A DNA stretch of 64,000 nucleotides from the NCBI GenBank assembly GCA_951406725.2, contig OX597837.1, positions 1,302,001-1,366,000 on the forward strand. Direction: 5' to 3'. Shown here piece after piece: positions 39,960 through 51,511 of this stretch. Numbering within the stretch: position 1 is the stretch's first letter; every line of letters begins with the position of its first letter. The translations under genes and the position numbers were made by a program. Below the pieces are notes generated by a model. That model was given only the letters and a program-made list of their open reading frames with translations, ran no database searches and had not been told where the DNA came from. Source of the stretch: Octopus vulgaris. Lineage: Eukaryota.

Positions 39960-40332
39960 TGTGTGTGTTTGTGTACGAATATTTCGCACGCATGACATCC
40001 TCTATCAATCAAGTGTGGAGAAAATGCGTGTGCAATTTGGCAAACACGCGTTTTCTGTTGAAATGAACAAAACAATGAGAACCCCCTCCCACCGCCCTCG
40101 TTCCTCCATCTCTCTTCCCCTCCCACCCACACACCTTCTGCCTCCACCAGCACCGAACCCTTAACCCTAGCTTTCACCTACCCCCCCCCCCCCACTACCA
40201 ATCCATACCACATTTGCATCTACTTCATATTCATATATGCATATTTTCTTGATTCTTGTTTCTGCTCAGCTTCAAAGCCTCGAAATAGATTCCTCGCCCC
40301 CGCCATATTGCATTAAGCAAGTTATTGTCGAC

Positions 40333-40425
40333 ACCCCCACCCCTGCTGGCACCCCCGCTGCCACCCCCGCTGCCACCCCTGCTGCTAACCCTGCTGCCAC
40401 CCCCGCTGCTACACCCGCTACCACC
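40333..40425. repeat. 12-bp GC-rich minisatellite (ACCCCYGCTGCY) x ~7
   Basis: Seen directly; gives the TPAA repeat in ORF 40237..40467. Confidence 0.85.
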
Positions 40426-40749
40426 ACTGTAACGACTACTATTTCTCTTACCACTAACACCTTTTGATGATGATGTTGTGGTGATAGTGATGTCGCTAAT
40501 GACAAAATCACTGGTGGTGATGGTGCGGCGGCGGCGGTGGTATTGGTGATAATGTTTTTATGAAGACGATGTTGAAAAAGAAGGAGGAGGATAAAGAATT
40601 CTAACTTAGGCACCAGGCCTCCTTGGTTTTCTTTTTCGTGTCATGAAAGACATTCGATTGTCACGCAGTGTATGACTGGTACTTGACTTACTTGGCTGAT
40701 ATCGGCGAGGTCGATAGTGATGAGGCTGAGAAAGATAACGATAATAAAG

Positions 40750-41760
40750 GTGATGATGATTTTGATGATGTTAATGATTTCTTTGACTTGATCACGAGGG
40801 CCCAAGACATTGCTGACAATCCTGGGACAAAATAGAATCCACAAAGATTAGGTTCACATTGAGAAAAAAGAAAGCAGAAAAAACAAAAGATATGAAGGAT
40901 TTCCGCAAGCTCCCTAAACGAAGAAGAAGGCCATGTAGCGTTAGGCCCGGGTAGCACCTGTCAAAAGCCCAGATATTTTGTAACACTCAAGGCATCTCCG
41001 TTTCATCCCCTTTAGAAGCGTATTACCCACTCTCGATCTATTCAGCTTTTACCGTTCTTAACCACAATTCGTGGAACATAACAAGAGGCAGCACCCTTCT
41101 CTCTACTATCACTTTGGTCTTCACGTGGGTCTCAGAGGTGCGCTTAACTGTGATATTTGAAGAATTTCATGAGGGTGTGGTCAAAGAGGAAAATACCTGT
41201 CTTCAAACTTAACAGACGAACCCACTGCACAAATTCTTTTGCCATAGCCGTCTAACCGACATCGAATAGCCACCTTCCCTTGCCAAAGGAAAATGGCGCA
41301 TCAATCTTCACTCAAGACTCAACAGACACCTGAATTCGTCTCATACTTGACAGCAGATGTCTGGCAGAAGACCCGTAAGCTGCTGATGTACGGACATTGG
41401 TCGATAACGTGTAGGGCAGTTTCTTCGCCCTGTGCACATCTGTTAGCAAATCCATACCTGCAGACTTAATTTCAAATAAATGTCATCTACGTGTAGTATT
41501 TCCACGCCAAGGACTTTTGGAAGTTGTCAATAGCCTCCAATCTAAAAAAAAATACCCCGCCAAAAATCGATCGCTTTGACTTTCTCGACGACGCTCAGTC
41601 TGTCATTATTGATAATCTACATTAACCCCGTCTAAAATGCAAAAGTTGTTTTGCTGCCAACGGTCTTTTCCAGTTGGCACATTACTGTGAACGTCTGGCA
41701 ACATTCTCGATGTCGGACGTCGATCTTATCCTGACCTGTGATTGCAGCTCATTCAAAGAC
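40750..41760 (-). mobile_element. L1/Tx1-clade LINE 3' part (ORF2 C-terminus with zinc knuckle, 3' UTR, (ATC)n tail), pseudogenised
   Basis: Minus strand: IDNFQKSLAWKYY ... C(N)RCAQGEETALHVIDQCP (zf-RVT-type CxxC..EETxxHxxxxC, about 41391-41450, one indel) ... MAKEFVQWVRLLSLKTGIFLFDHTLMKFFKYH/VKTKVIVERRVLPLVMFHELW; T-rich 3' UTR ending in degenerate ATC repeats. Confidence 0.8.
41125..41153 (+). repeat. 29-bp exact dispersed repeat, copy 2, interrupting the LINE ORF
   Basis: Identical to 31797-31825; removing 25 nt restores the LINE reading frame. Confidence 0.95.
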
Positions 41761-41954
41761 ACGAAATTTAGATTTTACTCTTTCATTCTGTTTACTAATT
41801 TCACTCACGAGGCTCGGGCGGACCCGTGACTCTAGTAAAAGCCGTTTGTCCTAGACGCTACGTACTGGGATCCGATCGAATGTTGGGCTTGTGTTTGCAT
41901 AAACGAACGTTGTTATCTATTCAATCATACTGTGTCCATATACTCCTCCACATG

Positions 41955-42003
<49 letters not shown>

Positions 42004-42178
42004 TCACACACGTACCCACGCCAGCATGGATGCACATTTTGTGCTTTTTTCTATATTTTAAGGGGTTATATCATTATTCTTCGTGTAACGATAAACCGTG
42101 ATGTTGTGGTGTTCATGTCCTCGTTCCATAAATATAATACAATACGCCTAGTATAGTTGAAATGCAGAGAATCTAGAA

Positions 42179-42480
42179 CATAGGTTCTCAAAGTAGGCGC
42201 TACCGCCCTTCCCCGGTGGGCGCTGGTGCCTAAGGGGGGAGGTGCGGTAAAGAAGAAGGTGGCGTTGGGAGGAAGGCAGTGGATTGAGGTACGCTATGAA
42301 TTCAGTATAATATTGTTATAGTATTGTATACAGATTATATAATATTATATTAAATATCAAATGATTCATAGTGTATGTAAATTAGTAAAATATAAAATAT
42401 ATATTTATACATAAAAATAGGGGGTGGGGATATTATGTGGCCATGAGGGGGCGGTGACTCAAAAAGTTTGTGAATCTTTG
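42179..42480. mobile_element. hAT-Charlie-type MITE
   Basis: Degenerate TIRs CATAGGTTCTCAAAGT ... AAAAGTTTGTGAATCTTTG; flanks ATCTAGAA / TTCCAGAT resemble the Charlie NTCTAGAN target. Confidence 0.65.
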
Positions 42481-43739
42481 TTCCAGATTAAAAGACTCTT
42501 GCACAGAACACCGCGCAGTGGGGTCGAACCGAATACTTGCTGATTGCGAAGCGAACTTGTTAACTGTTAGGCCATACTTTCTATTAACTGTACTTTATCA
42601 AGGACGGCCAAGGGTCAATTAGTGCTGTAGGGGTCAGTAAGTGCTGAATGTAGGACAAAACATGGTGTCACATGCGCATGTCAGTATGTAGCTATGTTAT
42701 GTGAAAAGATTTTTACAAAGTAGAGAGACAGCGGGGGGAGTGAGCGAAGATGGAAGGGTGGGGTGGAGTGTCTGTGGTTGGCGGGGTGGGGAAGGGGGTC
42801 TAAAGAACGGAGGTGGTGGTGTTTGATGGGGGAAGTGTTGGAGAAAGTGGGATGGTAGAAAGGCAGGCAGGAGGCGGCGGGAGTAAGTGGTGCCGATGGC
42901 GGAGAGTGGAGTGGGAATGGGGTGGGGTGGGGTGGGTAAGGAAAAAAGAAAGACGAAGAGGTCGAGGAATGAGGGATGTGGTGGAGTGCAGCTTGTAGGG
43001 GGAGCGTGGGGGTCAGCTGAGGGTGAGTGTTGAAGAAATAAAGGGACGGGGGGGAGTTGGTAGAGAGGTGGGGGTCATTCGGAGTGTGAGATGTAGGAAA
43101 AGAGTGGTTAAGACTTGGATTGAGAAGACGAATGGAAGAAAGTTGAGTTCTTGGAGAATGTGGTGTGTGGACAGTTGGGTGTGGGCGTGGGGTGGAGAGG
43201 GCTGGAGTATAAGAATAAAAGACGATGGTTAGTGGTGAGGGTGGTGAGTTTTGGTGGAGGAAGCGGTCTGTAGGGTGGTGAGGTGGAGATAGGGAACAAG
43301 AAAGACGGGAGTAGGAAGAAGCCGGAGGAGTAGGGGAGGTGGGGTAGAGTGAAGAAAGAACAAGGATGTGGTACTGGGGCGGGGTGGGGCGGTTTGAAGA
43401 CCGGCTGGACGGTCGGTGGTTCTCCGTTAATGGACTCCACCATTAACAATCATTATTCGTTCCTCACCAACGAACCGATGTTCATCGTCACCGTCCAGTC
43501 GAACGACGCGTCCACCACCGCCGCCGCCTCCATATTATCATCTTTACCGATGTCACAGCCACCGACGACATCATCATCATCGTCATCAGTGTTGCAGTAT
43601 CAACGAAAATCAATACCACCACCATTGCCACTACCATCACGGTTCCATAGACACCATCGCAATTGACATCTACACCACATCACCATCTACACCAGCATCA
43701 TCACCACCAATACTGACTCCACCACCATCACCAAGATAA

Positions 43740-43875
43740 CGAGTCCGATGTGCTAGAAAAAACAGCTAATACTCCCTCAAATAACAACCTAAAAGTAGGA
43801 TACTTGGGATAACTTGGCCCTGGTTACTCTTTGTACAAGTTGTAGAAGACGGGATAGTCACGGCCGGAATGCTTT
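43740..43875 (-). repeat. Family D dispersed repeat
   Basis: TGCTAGAAAAAACAGCTAA..CTCCCTCAAAT...AAGACGGGATAGTCACGGCCGGAATGC. Confidence 0.65.
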
Positions 43876-44132
43876 CATCATCATCATCACCAGTATAACC
43901 ACCGTGACCACCACAACGATGATTTCAACGCAGTCATTCTACTTGCTGGTAAGACCCACGAACAACTTTCAGATTATAAATTAATGTCCTAAAGAAAGGA
44001 ACGACAGAGTCCTAAAGAAAGTGGTAGTCACGTTTGGAGGAGCTGTGATCATATGTGTGTCAAACCCCACCAATTACTATATCGTCATCAATCACATCAC
44101 CAATATTACTACTACTATAACTACTACTACAG

Positions 44133-44196
<64 letters not shown>

Positions 44197-44667
44197 GACT
44201 ACTATTTTAATTTTGACCAAACCATGCTTATGCCGTAGGCTCTATAATTTTCATTGCGTACATTTTTAAAAACAATTTGTCGTGATTTGAAACAGGCATT
44301 TATGGATGTTGTTTCTACCTTGTCAAACGGACAGGAAGAACAGAAGAGAAAATATATTCGGGCATTCGAGATTTATTAAAAAAGTGAATACAAAGCTTTT
44401 TGAAGCTATCACAAGCAACTTCTGTCTGCTGCAATTTCAGTTTTAGTAACTTATATATTTCTAAAAAAAAACATTGTCAAACATGTTGTTTGGAAGTCTT
44501 GTATTCTAAATATAATAATTAATAACAAATTATACATTGCTTGCTTTTTGGGGGAGCCATAAAATGGTACCCACCTTCTTTAGAAAGAGTACGCTAGCAC
44601 TGCCGATAGTACAAGGCAGAAAAGTCTAGTAAAGGGATTCTGCATTTGCTACCGTATTATTGTTGTT

Positions 44668-44825
44668 ATGGAGCCCCAAGTTATCCCTGATCAAACAGAT
44701 CTATGATCAAAGACATTCACAAATCTATCATTTATTTCTGCGCAGGGGACAAATCTGAGACCATGTTCTCAAATGGGTTCTTTTGAGATTTGGCTACTAT
44801 TTCTCGCAAACGTAACGATAGAGCC
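44668..44825 (+). repeat. Family D dispersed repeat
   Basis: GCCCCAAGTTATCCCTGATCAAACAGATCTATGATCAAAGACATTC...GAGATTTGGCTACTATTTCT. Confidence 0.65.
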
Positions 44826-45891
44826 CATTTTTCTCAGAATGGGGCGTGATAGCGATAAGAGTCAGCTTTCGCTAACGAACAAAATGGCTGCCGTATATTT
44901 TAATTCGACGCTCAAACACGATGTGCCATGGCTGCCCAGCCTCACTTTTATTGCCTTATAATTCATCCTTTACTGATTCTCTTTACTTTGCGCCGCCCAC
45001 ACAACCCCCAACCCACACCCTTTACTATAAATTCTGGTCACAAAGGTTTCCTTTGAACACATGGCAGCATACCATTCCAGATGCCGAAGAAATCTGAAGA
45101 CATAAAATTCTTATAAATTTTTGCCCTCTTCTTACGTGTTTACCGAAATATCTGGAAACTTTACAGCTTGTGTGGTGGAGGTGGTGGCGGAGGCGGTGGT
45201 ACGTGTTTTCGTGGGGGAGGTGGAGGTGGTTATATGTATGGTGGCGATGGTGGTGTATGTGTGCGTGGTGTTTGTGTGTACGGTGATAGCAATGATGGTG
45301 GGCGTGGGAGGGGGTGCATGTATGTTTGTAGTGAGTTTGTGGGTGTGGTGTTTGTGACGCTGTGTGTCATTGTGAGACTGTGTGTGTTTTTGTGCTTGTT
45401 TTCTGCGTACATCTCATTAGTAATGCTAATGGTGTGTGTTTATGTGTGTGTGCGTGTGTATGCGTATATGTTAGTCTGCATTATGATAATCGATGAATGG
45501 TTTGTGTGTTTAGTGTTAGTGTGCGTGTGTGAGTGTTGTGTCTATGTTGTTTGTATGCATGTGTGATCAGTATTGGCTGTATGTGTGTGTGTGTGCGTGT
45601 GTCTAGTGTGTATATCCACGTAAGTGGTTTTACATGTGTGTTAAGCTGTGGTATGTTAGTAAGGTCTGTGTGTGGTTTACGTGTGTCAAGTGTGTGTGTT
45701 TGTATTTTGTTTGTGTCTGTGTGTGTATGTTTGAGTATATGTATGTTATGGTAGTCTAAATGAGAGTCCACTGAATATCTGTAGCGTGTGTGTGGGAGAC
45801 TATATACTGTGGCTATGGTGATATGTGTATAGGTGCTGTGTGTGTATATGTGGAGAATCAGCTTCTATTTCTGTATGTTTACGGGTAATGC

Positions 45892-45931
<40 letters not shown>

Positions 45932-46988
45932 TATATATGTGTGTGTGTGCTATACGTGTGTGGTTGTGTCTAAATGCGGTATATCAGTGAATGTATGTAT
46001 GCCAATGTGTGTTTTGTGTATGTATGTATGTATATATGTATCTGTGTGTGTGTACAACTGTGTAGTATCTAATTTGAGTGTCTCTCTTCCGTAAATTCGG
46101 TGTTGTGTGCGGTATGTGGTGAGGTGTAGGAAGAGGTGGACAGAGAAATAGGGAGAAGCTGGAGGAGACATGAGGTGGGGGGGGGGAACTTGTAGAGGCA
46201 TAAAGTAGTAGAGTGAGGTGAGAGATAACGAAAGGAGAGCAAAGAGTCGTAGAGATGGTGGCGGCAGTGGTGGTGGTGTGGAAAATGGTTTTAGTAGGGA
46301 TGGTGGTGGTGGGATAGGTGTTTCTAGTGTTGATATAGATCTTGCATGTGTGTGTATGTGTGGATATACACATACATGATTACCCATCGTCAAATACACA
46401 CAGTGTGTGTATATATATATATATGTGTGTATTTATATATATACGCACACATAATGGTAATATATAAACAGAGAGTTTGGTTAAGGAGTTCAACCATTGC
46501 CAGAGGCCATTACGACGATAGGCCCTCCTCAACTTCTACAACACGTGTTTCGGTGTCACAGAATAGCGCCCGCGGCTCAGTGTCTGGGTGGAGTCAAGAT
46601 TTATATACGGCGGTGCATGGCCATAAATATATATAAACATACACACACACACACACACATGTGCATATGAATGCGTGTATAAAAATGTATGTGTGTGTGT
46701 GTGTGTGTTTGTATGTATAAGCAAATATACGAGTATGAGCATATACACCGGCACACACACATTCGCATATATATATATATATGCATACATGTGTATGTGT
46801 GCGTATATATATGTATATATATATATGTGTGTGTGTGTGTCTGTGTGTGTACACACACACACGCACACATATATGAAATAGAGGAATAGATACTTGCGGA
46901 CACACATTTAAAAAGGGGCTGGAATAGTTAGACATAAATAAATCTCTTACTAATAGTGGTGGTGGTGGTGGTGGTGGTAGTGGTGGTA

Positions 46989-47036
<48 letters not shown>

Positions 47037-47421
47037 AACTTTTGACAAGCGAATTACCTTCGCTGCTCGTTTCAGTAAGAACCCTTCCATGTTTTGTGAA
47101 TTTTCATATAATCATTGCTGGAAAGTATTTTATTGTTATGGTTTAATCTGTTATTTCGTCTCTCAACGTTTCTTCGATAAATCAGTGAAAATCTGTAGAG
47201 AGAGCAGCGGTGATGCGAAGCCCTTGATGATGGGGGATAGGGAGTTGTTGAACTCTGGAAGGCAAAGTGTGGGAGAAAAAAACGGGATGAAATTTTGCAA
47301 ACTCATCAAGAATTTTCAACGCTTCCGCTTCAATACCACCACCACCACCACCACCACCACCACCACCACCAGCATCTCCACTACCCTACAATCTTAAAAA
47401 ATATAAAGAAAAAAGGATCAA

Positions 47422-47709
47422 TTGAAAGTTCTGTTGTGTCTGGGGAGAGTCATTCTCTTTTGGTGCCTTATAATTTGACACACCGGTAAAATTTCCACTT
47501 ATTACTTTTTTATTTTTCTAAAATTTTCGTTGCGTCTTGCAACCTTTTCAATAGTTTTGAGAGTCAAAGCTATTGAAAAGGCTGCAAGGCGCAACGAAAA
47601 GTTTAGAAAAATAAAAAAGAAATAAGTGGAAATTTTACCGGTGAGTGAGTTAAATTATAAGGCATCAAAAGAGAATGACTCTCCCTAGACACAACTGAAT
47701 ATGCTTCAA
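47422..47709. mobile_element. ~290-bp near-perfect palindrome, probably derived from a Penelope-like element terminus
   Basis: GTTGTGTCTGGGGAGAGTCATTCTCTTTTGG...CAAAAGAGAATGACTCTCCCTAGACACAAC; 3-nt loop at 47561-47563; each arm carries a hammerhead-like TTGAAAAG-stem-GAAA. Confidence 0.75.
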
Positions 47710-47809
47710 CACTCGAACACACACGAATAATCTTACAAACCAAATCCAAAAACGAAATTAAATGAAAAATTAAGAGAAAAGACATTATCTCTGATGATAT
47801 TCTGATTGT

Positions 47810-48230
47810 CATAATATGTGTTCGGTTGTTACGCCTTCACCAGCGTTAAGTAGAGAGAGAGAGTAATCAATGGACATATTTAAGATAATGAGTCAAGTCT
47901 GAGTGTTACGCCTTTTAGAAACTTTAACCATGGATCGAAACCAAAGACTCGATACGGCTTTAGCATTTCGAAACTTTGTTATACACACAACCCAACAGAA
48001 ATAGGGTCTCGTTAGTTATAATAGATATTTGGGGAGTTTATTAACTGACGAAACCATTTGAAAATGAGTTAACAATGTGACGGAGAGGAATGTATTTGAA
48101 TATGTTTATTTCTGGTCGGAACCAACTCCAGCATCCCTGGATGGGACAAATATGCAAGCGGAAAGTATATAATTCAGTACTGTCTGACCAGTGTCCGGTG
48201 ATTGGTTATAAAACCTGACCCCTGTTGGGA
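47810..48230 (+). pseudogene. Decayed LINE apurinic (APE) endonuclease domain
   Basis: Motifs in the expected order: VFGCYAFT (cf. VYAPT) at 47818, IFGEFI (cf. GDFN) near 48026, LSDQCPVIG (cf. SDHxPV) at 48180; many stops and frameshifts. Confidence 0.45.
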
Positions 48231-48983
48231 TTACCCCGAGTGGAGTGTGTAGAAGTCTTACAAGTTAAAAACAAACAACATAGAACCTATCAAAATTGGA
48301 TGAGTGGCTTGAGGGCCAATGCTGGCGATTCGTAATCTGGTGAGATGAACATCACCTGAGTTACCAAACCCAAGAGACACTTTAAAGGAAGTTACGCCAA
48401 TAATTAATTCTACATTGGACCAATAAAATATATATAATGAAAACCGGATGTGAAGAAAAGTTGGAAAATATTGCTTAAAGAAAAATGGACTTGTGTCCCA
48501 AAGGCAAGAATATTATGAGAAAATGGAAGCGGAATTATTTCAAAATTTGGAATAATTCAGATGAAAAATGAATAATCTAAAACGTCATCAGATTTGTAGA
48601 ATTTAGCGTTTTGAGGATTACCTTTAGTCCAAAACTGAGTAGAAGACTTAAGAACGAAGAATAAAATCCGAAATGCTGGATTAAATTAGCCAAACGGCAA
48701 TTGAAATTATGCAAGTCGCCGATGTACAATTTTTACCGTGTCTTGGAATTAATAGAGTCATTTAAAATTCAACAATTTCTGGGTCTTAATTCGTCTTAAT
48801 TCCATTTAAATCTTCTTAAATCGTCTTCAGTCTTACGTATATAGCCTAAAATTTTCTTAGAATTTCAATTGGGAATTACAAATCAGAACAATAATCTCAA
48901 AATACACTCACGAGGAATCGATTTTGATGTATATACGTGTAGCCTATATGTGTGTGTATACGTGTGTGTACATGTGTGCATGT

Positions 48984-49024
<41 letters not shown>

Positions 49025-49185
49025 GTGTGTATGTGTCTATATATAAATGCTTGCGTGTGTGAGTCTATATGTATATGTGTGTGTGTCTATACTATATACA
49101 TATATATGTATCTATAAATATATATATATATATATAAATATATGTATCTATAAATATGCGTGTCTATAGATGTGTGTATATATAT

Positions 49186-49223
<38 letters not shown>

Positions 49224-49710
49224 TGGTGCGTGTATCTATGAATGAATATCTTTTTATCTGTGTGATTCTATACATCTGCATAATGGTATGTAATTATGGC
49301 ATGTACGTGTAAATGTATGCCAGTAGGTATTCAGGTATACATGTGTATGAAGGTGTATGCGATTCCATACATACATGTCTATGAGAAATGAATTTTACCA
49401 TAACTGGAAGGAGACTGCATTCCTTAAAATGCGAACTGTTATTGGATGTCCTGTATATATGTGTGTGGGGGAGACGGGGGATGGGTGGATTTTGTCGATG
49501 GTCTTCGGCCATTCCAGTGCCAACACCCTCCAGTGTTTTTTTTTCGCAGTTGAACTCATCTAATCCCCCCACCCACATTGTGTAGTAGTTTAACACGATC
49601 TCCTAAGGGATATAACTCAGACGGAACTAACACAACTTCACCTTCTCATCATTAAAAACACCCGCTCACACACACATATATGTTTATATACGTACATATA
49701 CATAGTTATA

Positions 49711-49759
<49 letters not shown>

Positions 49760-51031
49760 CACACATATATATTTATACTAATGCATACATTATATAAATA
49801 TATATTTATATAAATACACACATATATAGTTATATATATATAACTGCACATACATATATGCATATATATATATATTATGAGAGAGAAGACGAAGGTGTAA
49901 GAGTGAGGGTAAACGGAAGAAACACTACATCATCCATTAGAAAGAAACAATATTAAAGAAAATGGGAGAAAGTTAGGGCGATTTAGATAGGTAAATAGAA
50001 AGACTGAGAGAGAGAGAGAGAGGGGGGGGGGCTGTTGATCGTACAAACCTAACATTTAACATTATTTGATGTGAGAGCATCAAGTGTATTGCAGAGTTGG
50101 TCAATATATCTTGAAAAACCCTTCACCCGTGAGGTCGAGATAAGCAACGAATAACATATTAGCTGTGATGTCTGTTGGTGGTGTTGGTAGATATGGCAAG
50201 ACGGTTGTCGAAGAAGAAGAAGTAGGAGGAGGAGGGGAAGGAGGAGGAGTTAGAGTAAGAGTACGAAAAGTGGTGGTAGTAGTAGTAGTGGTGGTACTGG
50301 TGGTCGTTGATATATTTTCTCGTTTCAGTACAAACTCTCTTTGCAATAGTTTTGTTGCAACACCTATTAACACGAATCTGTGATTGGACATCTATCAAAG
50401 TATCTCTCTTTCCCTGTTAACAAACGCACTCACACACGTCTGTGTATATGTTCGTGTGTGTATGCGTGTGCGTACGTGTATATACCTGTGCATACACAGG
50501 CAAAATGCTCTCTTCTTCGATCGTACCTATAGAAGAAAATTTCTTCGTTTCAGTGAGTTGTTAATTAAATATTACGTATGTTTACGATACTCTTAACAAA
50601 TATTAGTCCCTTTTTACAGATCATCATGGTGTCAGCCGTTCGACATCAAATGACAATTCTTAAGGGGCATCAGAAACGGAAGGTGTATTTGCCTTGTCGT
50701 CCCATCAATCGTAACTCCTCCCAGTACCCCTACATTCTCAGCGACCCCCACATCAATCAACAATGAAACTATCCAAATGATGAGATTTCCTTGTCGCGTA
50801 GGTGTTTGAGACCCTGCAATCGTAACGAAAAATTTGCGTCTTAATTTTCGCAGGATTTGGATAAAAGCGCTGGGGAGGAACTCAATAGGACGACTAGCTT
50901 CATTCATTCGCCCCTGATTTTCTAGACGAGTAGCAAAAAGGGTCAGGTATGCAATGGTATACCCAGAGCAATCACCATGTGTCACCACGAACGGAGCTAT
51001 ATATTTCACCCAGTATTTATTATTATTATTA

Positions 51032-51075
<44 letters not shown>

Positions 51076-51461
51076 TTATTTTATTATTTTCTTTTCATTT
51101 TTCTGCCCGTGAAAACCTCAACAACTGAGGGTTAAGTTTTCTACAGAAGATCCGTTAAAAATCATCTCTTCAAATAAGTAAAGAGATAATCTTTTGAATT
51201 TTTCTGCGAGTGTAAAGAATCGTCAGGTGCGACGATATTTCTTGGCCTGCAGATATCATTTGACCAAAGTGTAGCGCACTGTGGCATGTAGGTAGTTCGT
51301 AAAACTACAGCAGGTAACTGCTGGGGGGGGGGGTGCAGTTTAGTGTCAACGGCATTTGAGCTATATGTAAAAAGAAATAGGTAAAGCCACTGTCATACCC
51401 ATCTGACACCTTATACACACTCACTACTTATACACACTCACAAACACGCACACACACACAC

Positions 51462-51511
<50 letters not shown>

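Noticed and set aside
40237-40467. TPAA-repeat mucin- or antifreeze-like peptide ORF
   Set aside because: Explained by a 12-bp minisatellite in low-complexity flanks; no supporting gene structure.
31826-41124. A 9.3-kb integrated island bounded by attL/attR-like 29-bp repeats
   Set aside because: The LINE is continuous across the right repeat, and the interval is ordinary host-like DNA with no integrase.
41125-41153. 29-mer as a RAG/Transib RSS (CACAGTT on the minus strand) or a miR-2-family gene
   Set aside because: No nonamer at 12 or 23 spacing; only a seed-length resemblance to miR-2 and no precursor hairpin.
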